From: Balanoglossus misakiensis
Taxonomy: Eukaryota; Animalia; Hemichordata
Reading direction: 5' to 3'
NCBI GenBank assembly: GCA_040954595.2
Contig: CM082586.2
Location: forward strand, 8,959,337 to 9,023,336
DNA: 64,000 nt
Below are positions 1 through 13,440 of this stretch, piece after piece. A program made the translations under genes and the position numbers. The notes beneath the pieces were generated by a model. That model ran no database searches and was not told where the DNA came from. It saw nothing but the letters and a program-made list of their open reading frames with translations. How positions within the stretch are numbered: the first letter of the stretch is position 1; every line of letters begins with the position of its first letter.

Positions 1-1673
1 TCGAACCAACATCAGTCGACAACTTCAGGTAAAAGGCTAGCCTCCCTGAACCTTTCGCCATCATGATGTGTACTCGAAAAAGTCGGAAATTTTCCGCACT
101 ATATTGCAGCATAACTCCAATGGACTTATTTGCACCGCAGCGGTGCGAATAAGATTTCCCTCCCCAACAACGATCTGACCGTTCTTTATTTACTCCTCAG
201 CAACAGAAAACGTTTTATTACGGCCTAAATAACGACTTTTTCGCTCCTTGGATGGTCATGCGGACGGAAAGACACGGTTTAGCGAGTTTATCTTTCTCTC
301 TGCTGAGCACTCCGTTATTCAGACTTGCCCAAGTGAACCGCGACAAAAATTGCCAAGTTTCTCTGCATGTTTGTTATACCAGACAGATAAAAAACGCAGC
401 GTAGATATTGAAATGAATTGGATTTATGAAAATGATAAAAATTACAATGAAAATGTCGTTAAAAGTTCTCACAAAAAAGAAATAGAAAAAGAAATTGGTC
501 TCGAACCAACATCAGTCGACACCTTCAGGTAAAAGGCTAGCCTTCCTGAACCTTTCCCCATCACGATGTGGACTCGAAAAAGTCGGACATTTTCCGCACT
601 ATATTGCAGCATAACTCCAATGATCTTATTTGCACCGCAGCGGTTCAAATAAGAGTTCACTGCACCGCAGCGGTGCAAATAAGAGTTCACTGCATCGCAG
701 CGGTGCGAATAAGATTTCCCTCTCCAACAACGACCTGACCGTTCTTTATTCACTCCTCGGCGACAAAAACGTTTTTTACGGCCTAAATTACGACTTTTTC
801 GCTCCTTGGTTGGTCATGCGGACGGAAAGACACGGTTTTAGCGAGTTTATCTTTCTCTCTTCTGAGGACTCCGTATTCAGACTTGCCCAAGTGAACCGCA
901 ACAAAAAATGACCAAGTTTCCCTGCATGTTTCTTATACCCGACATATAAAAAACTCAGCGTAGATATTGAAATGAATTGGATTGATGAAAATGATAAAAA
1001 TTACAATGGCAATGTCGTTAAAAGTTCTCTAAAAAAATAGAAAAAAAGTGGTCTCGAACCAACATCAGTTGACACGTTCAGGTAAAAGGCTAGCCTTCCT
1101 GAACCCTTCGCCATCACGATGTGTACTCGAAAAAGTCGGAATTTTTCCGCACTATATTGCAGCATAACTCCAATGATCTTATTTGCACCGCAGCGGGCAA
1201 TACGAGTTCCCTGCACCGCAGCGGTGCGAAGAAGAGTTCCCTACCCCGCAACGATCTGACCGTTCTTTATTCACTCCTCGGGGACAAAAACGTTTTATTA
1301 CGGCCTAAATAACGACGTTTTCGCTCCTTAGTTGGTCATGCGGACGGAAAGACACGGTTTTAGCGAGTTTATCTTTCTCTCTGCTGAGCACTCCGTATTC
1401 AGACATGCCCAAGTGAACCGCGACAAAAAAATGACCAAGTTTCCCTGCATGTTTCTTATACCCGACAGATAAAACACGCAACGTAGATATTGAAATGAAT
1501 TGGATTTATGAAAGTGATAAAAATTACAATGGTAATGTCGTTAAAAGTTCTCAAAAAAAAAAAAAAATAGAAAAAAGTGGTCTCGAACCAACATCAGTTG
1601 ACACCTTCAGGTAAAAGGTTAGCCTTCCTGAACCCTTCGCCATCACGATGTGTACTCGAAAAGTCGGAAATTT
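1..1673. repeat. Tandem (satellite-like) repeat, ~500-553 bp unit, at least 3.2 copies, running off the left edge of the window
   Basis: The unit start TCGAACCAACATCAGT recurs at 1, 501, 1054 and 1583. Units differ mainly in the copy number (1, 3, 2) of a 30-bp sub-repeat containing the palindrome TGCACCGC-A-GCGGTGC. Confidence 0.95.
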
Positions 1674-2619
1674 CACCTCAGTCGATTACATCATTAATAA
1701 AAACGCCTACATAATATTGCTCTCTGTGAAGTATTTAAGAAAAACAGGAAAAACAAATCCTGAGTTAATTATGTTTCTGTTGTTTTTACTAAATAATGAA
1801 AATAATAATAATTATTATTTCTTATATAGCGCTTAACATAATGGACTAAAATCTCAATGCGCTTTACTACATGATGAAAAGTACACTAAAAATACAAGCT
1901 AAAAATTCGACATAAAAACGCTAAAAAGGTATATAAAAGTTGTACAAAGTGTAAAAGAATTAGTGTATATATGCTTTCATAAAAAGATGGGTTTTAAGTA
2001 TAACTGGTCTTAATTCTAAGTTTAAAATTGCTCAGCTAGAAAATCCACAATAAGCATTTTCATTTTAATATAATTCAGTTCCCGATAATGATGAACATTT
2101 CCTATATACACATCGTTTGAAGCCTCCAGAGCTGTCAAATTTCTCCCATTTTTTTCCACAATAAAATACTTCAAATATCATTTAAAATCCCCAGCATTAA
2201 GTCATATAACTTGTATTTGCATCAGTTTGTCTTCTATTGGAGGCACTTACCACGTTAGCTGCAGTGTACTGTTCGTATGGAGGCTGATGAAATGGGTGCG
2301 GCACACATTAAATATATAATGTGAATAATTTGCAAAATACAGCCATAATTGTGCGTCGATGAGATGTTCATGTATGCCTTATAGTATGTACCAATCTATT
2401 TAAAGTAGGATAATAAAGTATAAATGAACATAATGCAAACAGTGGCAGTTCTTGAGGCTTTTTGAGGAGCACTTTGTCATGATCGACAGTAAAACCAGCC
2501 AACAATAAATATTGGAAACAGTGTATAGTTACCATGGACGCCCTCTATGTTTTGACGTCACCATTAATTAACTGTAAACAATTTCCATCATGTTTGTTTA
2601 CATGAGAGTAAAAATCTGG

Positions 2620-2812
2620 CCGAAAAAAAAAATTAACACCAATTATTCATTTTGGCAAGATTTTTCACTCTGGTGTCTACAAGTGGGATGGAAGTTGTGT
2701 GTGGTCGAATGTTGATTCACTATATGTCCACATGTAGAATAACATAATCCATGTCTTGTATCAAACATAATTAATAGAAAAGGGCAGCGAGAGAGAGACT
2801 TTGTCCCTTTAA
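2620..2812. mobile_element. Arm of a non-autonomous DNA transposon family ending ...TTTGTCCCT-TTAA (Kolobok-like)
   Basis: The same sequence (CTACAAGTGGGATGGAAGTTG...TGTATCAAACATAATTAA...TTTGTCCCTTTAA) recurs at ~29235-29357 and ~63760-63917, and in inverted orientation at 10843-10980. Confidence 0.7.
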
Positions 2813-4660
2813 TGTTGTACAGCCGTATGTCCTGTCCGAGTCAAGAATGTTTGAAAGTACAGGTGCAGGCAAAAATAACGATCAGCTTTCAAAAATTTCT
2901 CCTCAACAGTGTATGGCAGAGACAAAAGTGGACATGTTTTATCATTGGTTAATTTAAATGTACACAGTCGATAATCTTACAACTGAGCTGGAAGAGGCGG
3001 GGGGGGGGGGGGGGGGGAGAGAAGACTGTAATATGTTTGGACCGCCTAGAATACCTAATCAATGTGGACGCACAGATGGCCATTGGTATGATAATGAGTG
3101 TGCTGTAAAAAGAAAGCTCAAATTCTATTGGTTGAATTTAATTTTTTTAGACTAGAAGCCTGTTGAATGTCAGATAGCAGAGGATCCCTGAAGCAGTATA
3201 AAATGTGTAGTAGTGTGAAGTGTGTATTAGGGTCATTGACATTGTCTTGATTCACAATAGTAGAGATAAGTAGGCAGTTTATGTAAATTGTAATGCAAAA
3301 GTTATTTATTATACTTGTAATGTGATTTCAGATAGGTATTAAAATAAAAGTATCATAATGTAATTATAATCCAGGTTTAATAATTCAAGAATTACCGGTT
3401 GTTATTTTAGTGCCAAATTTACATACATCAATCTAAGTGCTCAACTGCTCACCTGCGTCCTAGAAAGAAAATTTGGCAATGTGGCAAGCCATTCCCAACC
3501 TGAAGAGGGTTTTATACCAGGGTGGGGAAATATAGTTTCATGTTATGTTATTTGAAATTGACCAATATAATTTCCATCACTCCACTATTAAAGGCACCAG
3601 ATCCAAAAATAGTGTGTTAACACATTTCTTCCCAATCAGTTCGGCGTACGAACGTGTACAAAGGGTTGAAAATATGACTGGATGATATGACAGGGGGGCT
3701 GCAAACATTAAAGTTATAAATGGGGGAGTTCCGATCTGCATTTTCCCCACCTGTCTTGTCATTTGCTAATCCAAAATAAAAGCTATCACATTTCCAATTA
3801 AGCACCTGCAAACGACTTAATCTGTGTGCCCCATCCACAGATTAAGATGATAAAGAAAACTTCGGTTAGCGAGTTCTGGGTATAACAAGAGGATCAAAGA
3901 GAGATGGATTGTTCTTTTTAACAGGTTTGAGCAATGTAAACAAATCATATGGTTCTCTGACATTCACGATAAACATGCAGCACTATAGACATTTGTGTTG
4001 CAAGATTTGAATGAAATTCATCTCCGCATGTGAAGGAAGGACAGACCGAAATTTGTACGCCCCACTGGAACATGGCGATCGGGACAAACAAAACTATTGC
4101 AATTACCTCACAACCATCAACTACTGCCTTGGGCGGTATTTCGAATTCCGTTCCAGGAAAAAACAACAACAACACAGGTTTGAAGTCATAGCGAACTAAA
4201 GTATATACGTTTATTAAAATAATACTAATTATAATCAAATAATTCCGATCATATCCATCCATATTCCAAATATATTCAATCAATTATCACATTTAAGTGG
4301 CACATTGTACAGACAAACACAACACAATACAGCACAGGTATTACAGTTAGTCCAAAAAGATATCCTCCAGTAGTTGAATGTACGCATATGCACATAATAA
4401 CTACCTAGGTCCATAGTGAATATGTCCTCAATACATTGGAAACCTACGATAATTAATACACCTGTGTCACATTTGTTCAAAAATAAATGTAGTTACAATT
4501 CAATTCCAATACGGTTTAAATGCTGACCTTTTTATTTAGCTTAATCTTAATTATTAAATGTAATAAATCGACAGTGTTGCGCTTACTGTAAGAGAAACCT
4601 AACTAACAATCATAAATAATATTTTGCATTCGATCATTGAATCAATAACACGGATAAACT

Positions 4661-5061
4661 TCAAAGCCAGAACAGTATTCTATGCGTCATTTTTTTCAAC
4701 TTCGGAGCAGGGTCTAGGTTTCTTACAAAACGCGAAATCCCGAGGATCAACACAATATGCACAGCCAGATATGCAGCGATAAAGCCTAGGACTAGAACCA
4801 CGAAAGTGTTGTCATTGTTACCGAGTTCGTCACCTGTCAAGAACAAATATTGATAGCAAAAAAGCTTAAAGTGAAGAATATGAGGCCTTGGCCTATAGGC
4901 GTGGGCAGGATTAATTCGGGTTACTTGTGACGTTGGCAGGATCCATTCAGGTTACTTATGAAATACAGTATTATATATTTGCGAGCATAACCATCTATAT
5001 ATTCAATAAAATCACTAGGCAAATATATTTTACCATTGACTGGTACATGGCCAATCAAAAA

Positions 5062-5097
<36 letters not shown>

Positions 5098-8000
5098 CAT
5101 CAGCAGCACAGCGTGGCCTAGCACAGACAACCATAAATGCAGCCAGAAGACAAAACCGTGAAAGAAAGATGCACGGACCTCTGGCAAAATAAAGAAGTGA
5201 TATCATGCAGGTGTTTCAAAAATATTAAGGCCGCCCAGTCTCATTTTATATTATTTGATTGTGTTTTGTTTCTACAATTGTGATTGTGAAGCACAGTGGG
5301 CCTATACTTACAGCGGGGCACTTTCGAATCGCCATCGACAACACTAATGCTTGGGAAATGTTGGCACAGTGGACCTTTACATGCAGTATGAGGAGAGAAG
5401 ATGCTGGCGTCGATTGTATCTGTTGATGTGGAGACAGAATCAGTGTGGGCTCCCTCAACGTCTGGTTCAGTCCCATCAATCAATCAACAAAGTTTATGTA
5501 GCGCCAAAATCCCCCATGCACTACAGTTGTAGCCGTTATTGTAGGGTTTTTCTTCAAGATGAAACCAGACACGCTCTCAGTGCCCTTGTAATCAGGGATG
5601 TCTGTCAGAACTTCGTTATCTGTCGTTTCGTATCGCTGCATTACGGTTAACTCTAACGAGGATTCTGTTTCAGTCATTCTAGTTTCAGATTTAGCATCAG
5701 CGCCAGTATCTTCTGTGACATCTGTTGACATTTTTGAATAACTGGTGTCAGTAACATCAGAGCTAACATGGTCTGTATACCCAGGTGTATTCGACACTGG
5801 TTCACCTGTAATGTAAAACCCACAAGATATAACTGGTTTAGAATAAGTGGTATTCAAAGAAGCGTTGGGTCACAAAAGGGCGCCATGTTCACTTCGGCTT
5901 GTATTAGTGATTCATTGAAGTATGTTAGGTCCATATCTGACAAGAAACTGCCACGCTGAATATTGCAATTTCTGGTAACATCATTCATTCAAACTGCAAT
6001 AAATCGATGGTGCAGATCAGATACACCTCTTAGTAAAACGGGTTTCCCATTTATTTTTGGAGGACGTTTACACTTATTTTGTCTGCCGGTAATGTGGATA
6101 ATGTAACGTTCTCGCGACGAATGTTTTATTAGACACGCAAGAGAGAACCAATACAAGAAGTGGCGATGCAGTTCTTTTCTGAGATGGCGACATTTCAGTA
6201 CTTGCAAGTCGCAACCGTTCGTGACTCAAGTTACATCTATTTAGAGTTCAACATATTAACAAACATGGTACAATTATTACGCCACAACTTTGCAATACAA
6301 TGAAACTGCACACATTAGAAACCCGACCAAAATCCTAAAAGGTCGCCATTCGTCTTTACTTCATACAAACAGTATTGCTTAACCAATTTGCATGGGAGTC
6401 TCTGGTGTACTGTTGAAAGATTTGATAAAGTTTAACATATACACCTACCATATCGACAGACAAATCTTCGATAAAGTAGACAATCATCCAAAATGTACAA
6501 TTTTGTGGCTCTAAAAAATTACAATAAAAAATCGTTACTAATTCTGTTCAATACGATTATCAGGAAAAACCATTAAAACATGTTATCAGCTGAATCTGAA
6601 TTGTGTCACATTCCTCAGGCTTCATTAAAGGGCGACGAACGCCTTATGCGCATGAGCCAAACTAGAGACTCGGGCAGTATGCTGTTCTAACAACAGACAA
6701 GATGGCGGAGACTAGTCTGTGTTGGAGATCAGGAACAGACAACAAATTGGATTAAACGAAGGGACAAATCTAAAGTCTCATATTCGGCGCCCATGCAATA
6801 AGAAAGGATGCGGATGCAGCCAACTATTTGAATGTGCCAAAGGCAAACTTTGCAGAACATTTGGGTTGGACGTATTGTTTGTACATACGAAAGTACGCAC
6901 ATGCGCATAAGATAATCGTCGGCCTAAGCTACACATCCTTACTCAACTTGATGCACATATGTGCTCTACTTATAGATGGAGACAACAGATCACGGACGCG
7001 CAGTCACTGTACATTTTCTAGTTAACATAGCAGTAAACCTTATCCACACGAAACTTTTTACTGTGGATACATTGCGTTAGAGTGTCTAATTGTGATGGTG
7101 TTACATTCACCAATATTCTGCTAGGGAAACATGGTTTGGTGAAGACAAATAAATAATTACAAATCCGCTCGAATACAAGTTCTCCAAAGGCTACCGTATG
7201 GCTGGTGGTCCGCCCATGGTAAGTAAGTCAGTGGTGTCCCATCATAGTGCGTCCATTTATCCTCTGTATGCAAATGCATACTATCTATCCACAATACTCT
7301 ATACAGAAAACCTTTATTGACGTAAAAAATAGAATTGATGTCAGGCCGAACAACTATGACTTCTTGCTTGTGATAGGTTTAGTTTATAGTGGATGCAACA
7401 AAAAGTGGAATGGATAACCGTTTTTTAGTAAAGCATGTTGCTTTTTACCTGTTTTCAAATTCCGTTTTCCTGAATTTCAAAATTAAATCCGCAACAAGTC
7501 AAAATTCGTTTGCGTTCTCGGGAAAGTTCACGTATACGGGCGCTCCGAAGGTTGCAATACATAAACAAACTCGCCCTCGATCGACCTTCCGTACCACGTA
7601 GACAACATGACAGTGACACTTGCGGCGTAATTTTTTTACGTATAGCTTCGTTGACATGACTGCTTGGTACATGGTACACGGTATGTATGGTGAACGAATG
7701 TCAAATCCAGCATCATCGAGAGGTTCGCTTTACGTGCGTGAGCGAGCCATGTTGACTGCGCGTGATTCAAGAGCAGACGACATGTACCGACGCAGTAGGA
7801 AGAAAGAAATAAACAAATCGCCGTTCGAGGTCGGGTTTGGAAATTAATAAATATCGCCGTATTTATTCTGTTTATGTTTGCATTTCTTTTTTTACCCCTT
7901 AAAATGTTCGCATTGTTCGAAATCCTCCGTTATTCAGTCGGAAATTGTACACGTCCACTGGTTCTTGGGCGCGTCGCGCGTCCATCGAATAACACCATAC

Positions 8001-9644
8001 ATTATAAGTAATAATGTATAGCTATGACGTCTCAAAATTCACTGGTATTGATAAAGCTATAATATAATATTACATATGTGCTGCCGTTTACGTTTACACC
8101 CCGTTTCTTCATCTGACACTTGCAGTATCCTGTTTGCGACATACTGATGCCGACATCTGTGAAAGTCGCAGTCATTGTGCTAGGTTACTTGCTGATATTT
8201 AGGACAGGTTTTTCAGGTTGTGTTGTAGGAATCTTTTCAATTATCTTGTTATGTCGTTATATAATGTATGTTCCTCTGGCATGACGATGTATACATTTCT
8301 GGGTGCCACTAGTCGTATGACTAGTAAACAACATTGTCCAATGAAAGATGGGAGTGTGGTGTAACTAGCCTATAAAAAATTGTGATATCATCGTAGTGTG
8401 ACCTGTCCACGAAACAACCAATATCGTTGCCTGATCTCGTTTCTTTAATTTTCGGATGGTGTTCTTATGGTGTTTTCGATGTTTTCGTCTAAAATGGGAG
8501 TATCATATGTAATAATAACAGAACCCGATGGCGAGATCGTGCTGCAACAGAATACACCACCAGCACTCGTTCAAATACCGCGCTTGATCCATCTGGTCGT
8601 GGGGTTCTGTCATATTAGCCGTTCTACATCAAAGGCCTCGCCAATAGAGATCTCGTTGCAAATATAAATCGCACAACACGCAGGTCAGGTCAGACCCCTT
8701 TAAAATCAAAACAACATTACCATATTACACCACAATGTGCACCGTAATTGGTGTCTGTTCCAAACACCAAATCCATTACTGCGATACTTCTATCTATACT
8801 CGAACAGTCTGAGTGAACGAAGTGACCATTAGTCTCTCTATCATTGGCGTCGATCCAAACGAATTCTGTAAATCATTGCAAATAGGAAAAGCATGTTGAA
8901 CGTTGAGTAATACATGTAGATTTGTTTACTCTAAAAGTCATGTTGATTATTACAACAATTTTACTTCTGAGTGAGAAGACATCGTTCGTATGAACAAGCA
9001 ATAATGACAAAGTTGGGTACTCTATTACTCTTTACCGGAATGTGGTAGGACATCACCTCGCCAAACCAATAACGCTATAAAGCTGACAACTATATTCATG
9101 GTCTCTTGGTCGTAAAACCTCAACAGATGCCCACTGTCCTGCTCACATGCTCTTTTTGCTTCCAGCCACGTTGTTTCATAGTTGGAAAGTTTCAACTCAT
9201 TTTCGATCAGGGATATAAGCTCTTGGGCTGAAACACATGACATTTACAAACATGATTAAGATCTTGTGTTGGCAGTACAGTTCTAAATCTGAACTAGAAT
9301 GTGCACGTTACTTTAAAAACGTGTATTGTCTACATTAACTTCAAGTATTTATAGTGTTGGCAACTGATGGTACATAGATTGAACGTATATTCTGACATTT
9401 AATAACAGAATTCAAAACTGTTATGATTTGTGATCATTGTCACTTTCCTCGAAACGACGTGTCTATGGCAAGATAATGAAGTTGTAAAACACTGCTACTC
9501 TAATACTGAGATTACAATAATGAATACATTGAAGTTGAACACATGAAAATGGTCTACAATACCGTTCACTGTCACCTCGGTATGTGAGAAAATTACCATG
9601 GATACAATACTAAAGTAGCACAGCCATCGATGTAGTTGTCCCAT
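4661..9644 (-). pseudogene. Decayed type-I membrane C-type lectin gene (signal peptide, CTLD, Thr/Ser-rich stalk, TM)
   Basis: Phase-compatible exons: 9644-9563 (MGQLHRWLCYFSIVSMVIFSHTE, signal-like), 9227-9036 (TTWLEAKRACEQDSGHLL, CTLD alpha1) and 8865 onward (EFVWIDANDRETNGHFVHSDCS, the WIGL/WSDG-like motif). There is an in-frame TAA at 8719-8717, with YICNE downstream. A Thr-rich stalk at ~5857-5312 has a frameshift in a TTGA repeat near 5480. The TM exon is 4833-4661 (FVVLVLGFIAAYLAVHIVLILGI). Confidence 0.7.
5063..5096. repeat. (CA)n microsatellite
   Basis: Direct reading of the sequence. Confidence 0.95.
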
Positions 9645-9802
9645 TGTTGAGCGAATATAGTGACGTGTGTGACGTGGTATATCCACGCCTTTAAAACCGC
9701 TTCTCTCATGTGCGCACAAGATTATTCCATCATACAATAGGCGTCATGTTTTTTCGATCGACTTTATGTACAATTGCCTCTAGAGTACTACATGTGTTGA
9801 AT

Positions 9803-9895
9803 TTAACCCTTTCAAGCCCAGAACCCTCTATAGATGTCCAACCTTCCCATGGAAAACAACTGGTTTGGACTGGACTATAGTGGTGAAAGGGGTAA
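9803..9895. mobile_element. Tiny piggyBac-like MITE remnant
   Basis: TTAA-CCCTTTCA ... TGAAAGGG-GTAA inverted termini with a near-TTAA target duplication. Confidence 0.4.
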
Positions 9896-9924
9896 AAGAA
9901 TAATCAACCCCTAATTTAAATAAT

Positions 9925-10280
9925 CCCATATATGGTAAACAAGGTGTGTCTAAGTCTTTTATTGATGTTTTTATTACATATTTTTTGGAAGAAGCATGCG
10001 TGTTTAATCGTCGGAAACCAAGAATGTAGTACTGAATTTAAAGGAATACAATACTTCTAATTTGTATCTTCCCATATATAGACAAAGGGGTGTGTCCAAG
10101 TCTTTTATTGATGTTTTTATTAGATATATTTTGGAAGAAGCATGCTTGTTTAATCGTCAGAAACCAAGAATGTAGTACTGAATTTAAAGGAATACAATAC
10201 TTCTAATTTGTATATTCCCATATATAGACAAAGGGGTGTGTCCAAGTCTTTTATTGATGTTGGCATTATATATATCTTGG
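9925..10280. repeat. ~146-bp tandem duplication (about 2.4 copies)
   Basis: GTGTGTCYAAGTCTTTTATTGATG recurs at ~9943, ~10090 and ~10235. Confidence 0.9.
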
Positions 10281-10842
10281 GAGACGTGTAAACTGCGGAA
10301 ATGTCGAGCAAATCTCATGACAATTGCAAGGGAGTGGATGGTTGTTAGTGAAGATACCAAACGCGAATGTGAGTTGTTCTGTGCACGCACCAGATGGCTG
10401 ATAGAATTCGCGTGCCGCACAGAAGAATACAGCATCGAGTTTCGTAGCATGTTTACGCCATCAGCACATTGTATCGAATTCAGGTACGATGTAACGTTAT
10501 CCTATACCACAATATCCCACCTAAGGCATACATGCAAAATAACTTCTGCTGCGGCGAGAGGTCTCAGAGAGGGAAAGTCTCACTATACAATCCCACGACA
10601 GTCAAAACATAAAACTAAAAAAATTCGGTCTAAGTTTGATATCATTGTGTTGTACACTTTCTGTTCATTTTGTTTAAATGGGAGAGTTCCCGGAGACGAG
10701 GATGGTAACTGTACTTGTATAGCAAACAGAGGTAGAAGTACAGTGAATTATTGTTGTATTTCAACAAGATTGTTTCTGTATATCACTCGGTTTGAAATCC
10801 CAACAGTGTTTGGATCTGACCATTTTCCGTTGATATGTAATC

Positions 10843-11122
10843 TTAAAGGGACAAAGTCCTCTCTCTTGCTGCCCTTTTCCATCAATTATGTTTGATACAA
10901 GATACCGTTTATGTTAATGTACATGTGAATATGTAGTGAATGGACGTTCAATCACACACAACTTCCATCCTGCTTGTATGATAAGAGAGTAGAACCTCGC
11001 CCAACATGAATTGATGGTAGAGACCAATTATTTATATTGGCGTGATTTTTCACTCTCGTATCTACAAGCGGGATGGAAGTTGTCTGTGGTTGAGCGTTCA
11101 TTCACTACATATACACATGTAC
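10843..11122. mobile_element. Kolobok-like MITE with long inverted arms; right arm cut off by the adjacent LINE
   Basis: TTAA-AGGGACAAAG left end. 10920-10980 is the reverse complement of 11060-11120. Same family as the copies at 2620, 29235 and 63760. Confidence 0.65.
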
Positions 11123-11129
11123 TTGGAGA

Positions 11130-12460
11130 TAAATTTTCTTAGCCTTATAGTTCAACCACACAAAGAAGTATTTTTGTGATAAATTGCAACTGTCTGTAGC
11201 CTCTGGGAAGGACCACAAAAAATGGCAAGTCATCAATGAAATCTTGAACAAAAATTCAAAGGTTTATGCTCCACAAAAAATAAAAGATGACAAACACCCC
11301 GGGAATTTTGTTACTAAAAATATTGATATAGCTGACGCCTTTAATTCTTTTTTTGTCAACATTGGACAAAATCTAGCATCACAAATACATTGTAGCGCTA
11401 TCTAGCATCACAAACACATTGTAGCGCTAATTTCAATGATTGCCTTGGTATTCGTCATTTTCATTCTTTCTTTTTCCATCCTGTGCATTCTGGTGATATA
11501 CTCAGAGAAATTAATGTATTAGATCATTGTAAAGCTGCTGGTTTTGATGATATTTATCCAAAACTTGTAAAGGAATCAGCTGATTATATTACAGAACCAT
11601 TTGCTCATATTGTTAATATTTCCTTGTCACAGGGTATTTTCCCAGAGAAACTGAAAATGGCAAGAGTAACACCAATTTTTAAAAAGGGTTGTGTTCATGA
11701 AATAGGAAATTACAGACCTATCTCTGTCTTGCCAATCTTTAGTAAGCTGTACGAGTCTATTGTAAATAAGCAACTGTGTTCTTTTTTTGAAAAGTTTGAT
11801 ATTCCCACTAACAGCCAATATGGATTTCGTAAGAAATTTAGTACCAAGTTAGCTTTAGCAGATAACTGAAAAAGCACATTGATAACGGTATCTTCATTGA
11901 TTTTTAAAAGGCATTTGATACGATTAACCACACAATTTTGTTAGCTAAGCTATGCCACTATGGGATTAGGGGATCCACACTTAATTGGTTTAAGACTTAT
12001 ATAGAAGACCGACAACAGTATGTCAAGGTCAATAATTATACTTCAAAAGTGAAAAGGATCTCCTGTGGGATTCCACAGGGATCAATTCTAGGTCCACTTC
12101 TTTTTCTAGTATATATAAATGATATCTGCAGGTCCTCAGACTATTTTCAATTCAGGTTATTTGCAGATGATACCAATTTATTTTGTTCAGCTAAGCAGAA
12201 CAAAATCGATCTTGCCACTCTGAATGTTGAGCTAACTAAAGTACAGACCTGGTGTAAGTCAAATAAACTTACTATTAATATTGACAAAACAAACTATGTT
12301 ATTTTCAAAACAGCCCAGGCGAAGTTTAAGCCTGAGGGGGATTTATATGTCTCTGATTTACCATTACATAATGTTTCATCTGCTGTTTATCGTGGAGTTA
12401 CTCTTGACTCATCATTATCCTGGAAGTCTCACATCAACATTATTTTTAAGAAGGTTAGCC
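11130..12460 (+). mobile_element. Truncated, frameshifted non-LTR retrotransposon (CR1/L2-group LINE) reverse transcriptase
   Basis: ORF pieces with KAAGFDDI, NYRPISVLPIFSK, QYGFRK, DFxKAFDTI, GIPQGSILGPLLFLVYIND and FADDT. There is a 29-bp internal duplication at ~11372-11429 and a stop at 11867. Confidence 0.92.
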
Positions 12461-13440
12461 ATGATCATACATGCATTTTTCTTTTAAAATGTCCCTAACA
12501 GTAATTTTCATCCTGACTTTTATTATGACATAACAGTTAAATGTTGAGATGACTGTCCATGATACGATGCAGGATGCAAAAATATCACACTGAAGACATT
12601 TACATATGACAATTACCTGGAAATAAATATTCTAAGCTTAATAGTTCAACCTCACTTGCGTTATTTGTTTCATTTTTTTCTCAAATTGGTTTAAATAAAT
12701 GCATTAACGGGCATTTATTTGAATCTGGTTATTCTCTCAGAATTTTTGTTTTATGTTTCAACCACATCACACATTTTCTTGTTCTCCTGCCTGGAATTTA
12801 TCCCAAAATGTCTATGAGTCAACAAGTCATGTTTACGTGTGTAGACCATTCTTACTATTAAGAAATGCATTCAAGTCCGGGCTTGAATGCATTTTTTGTC
12901 AACAAAAACACATGCTGGTAGAGTTGAGAAGACAAATACTAATCCTGATATAGGGAGCCGAACAAGAAACCATGGTTTACACACAGAACAATAAAACTGA
13001 CAAAATAGTCACAAGTTACAGATAGTTGTGCCAGTTTTAGTATAGAGATTAATGACGGAAAATGCACTTTTGTCGAATAGAGTGTCTGTTTCATAGCCAG
13101 CGACTTATGACAGTTACAAGGTCAACAAAGATGTTTTCCAGTTGCATGGTGAAGCTTCGATAAAGATTTAATAAACTAGCATCTCTGAAATCATGTACGC
13201 CTATTTTGGGACCTCTCTGTTAGCATATAGCGCAACTGCACATTAATTGACAGAGAAATATCCATGTGTGCACATATCGTGCACTTACTGTGTTGCGATA
13301 GGCTCTGGCTACCTGAGCCTTGAAATGCATCGTCGCCAGGGCCGGTTGCATGTTATACTCGAAATAACCATTTGCTAATTTCTTACAGCAATTACTTTTC
13401 TTGTAGATGTTCACTTAGTAAATACAGTTTAATTTTTATA

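Noticed and set aside
630-720. 30-bp palindromic repeats as a CRISPR array, or ORFs 630-911 / 469-753 as genes
   Set aside because: The repeats are directly adjacent with no spacers, and the ORFs are incidental translations of satellite DNA.
6698-6708. YY1-like motif CAAGATGGCGG
   Set aside because: An isolated short motif inside an intron or probable repeat, with no supporting promoter evidence.
10236-10895. 219-aa ORF
   Set aside because: It begins in a tandem repeat, ends in a MITE and has no domain-like composition.
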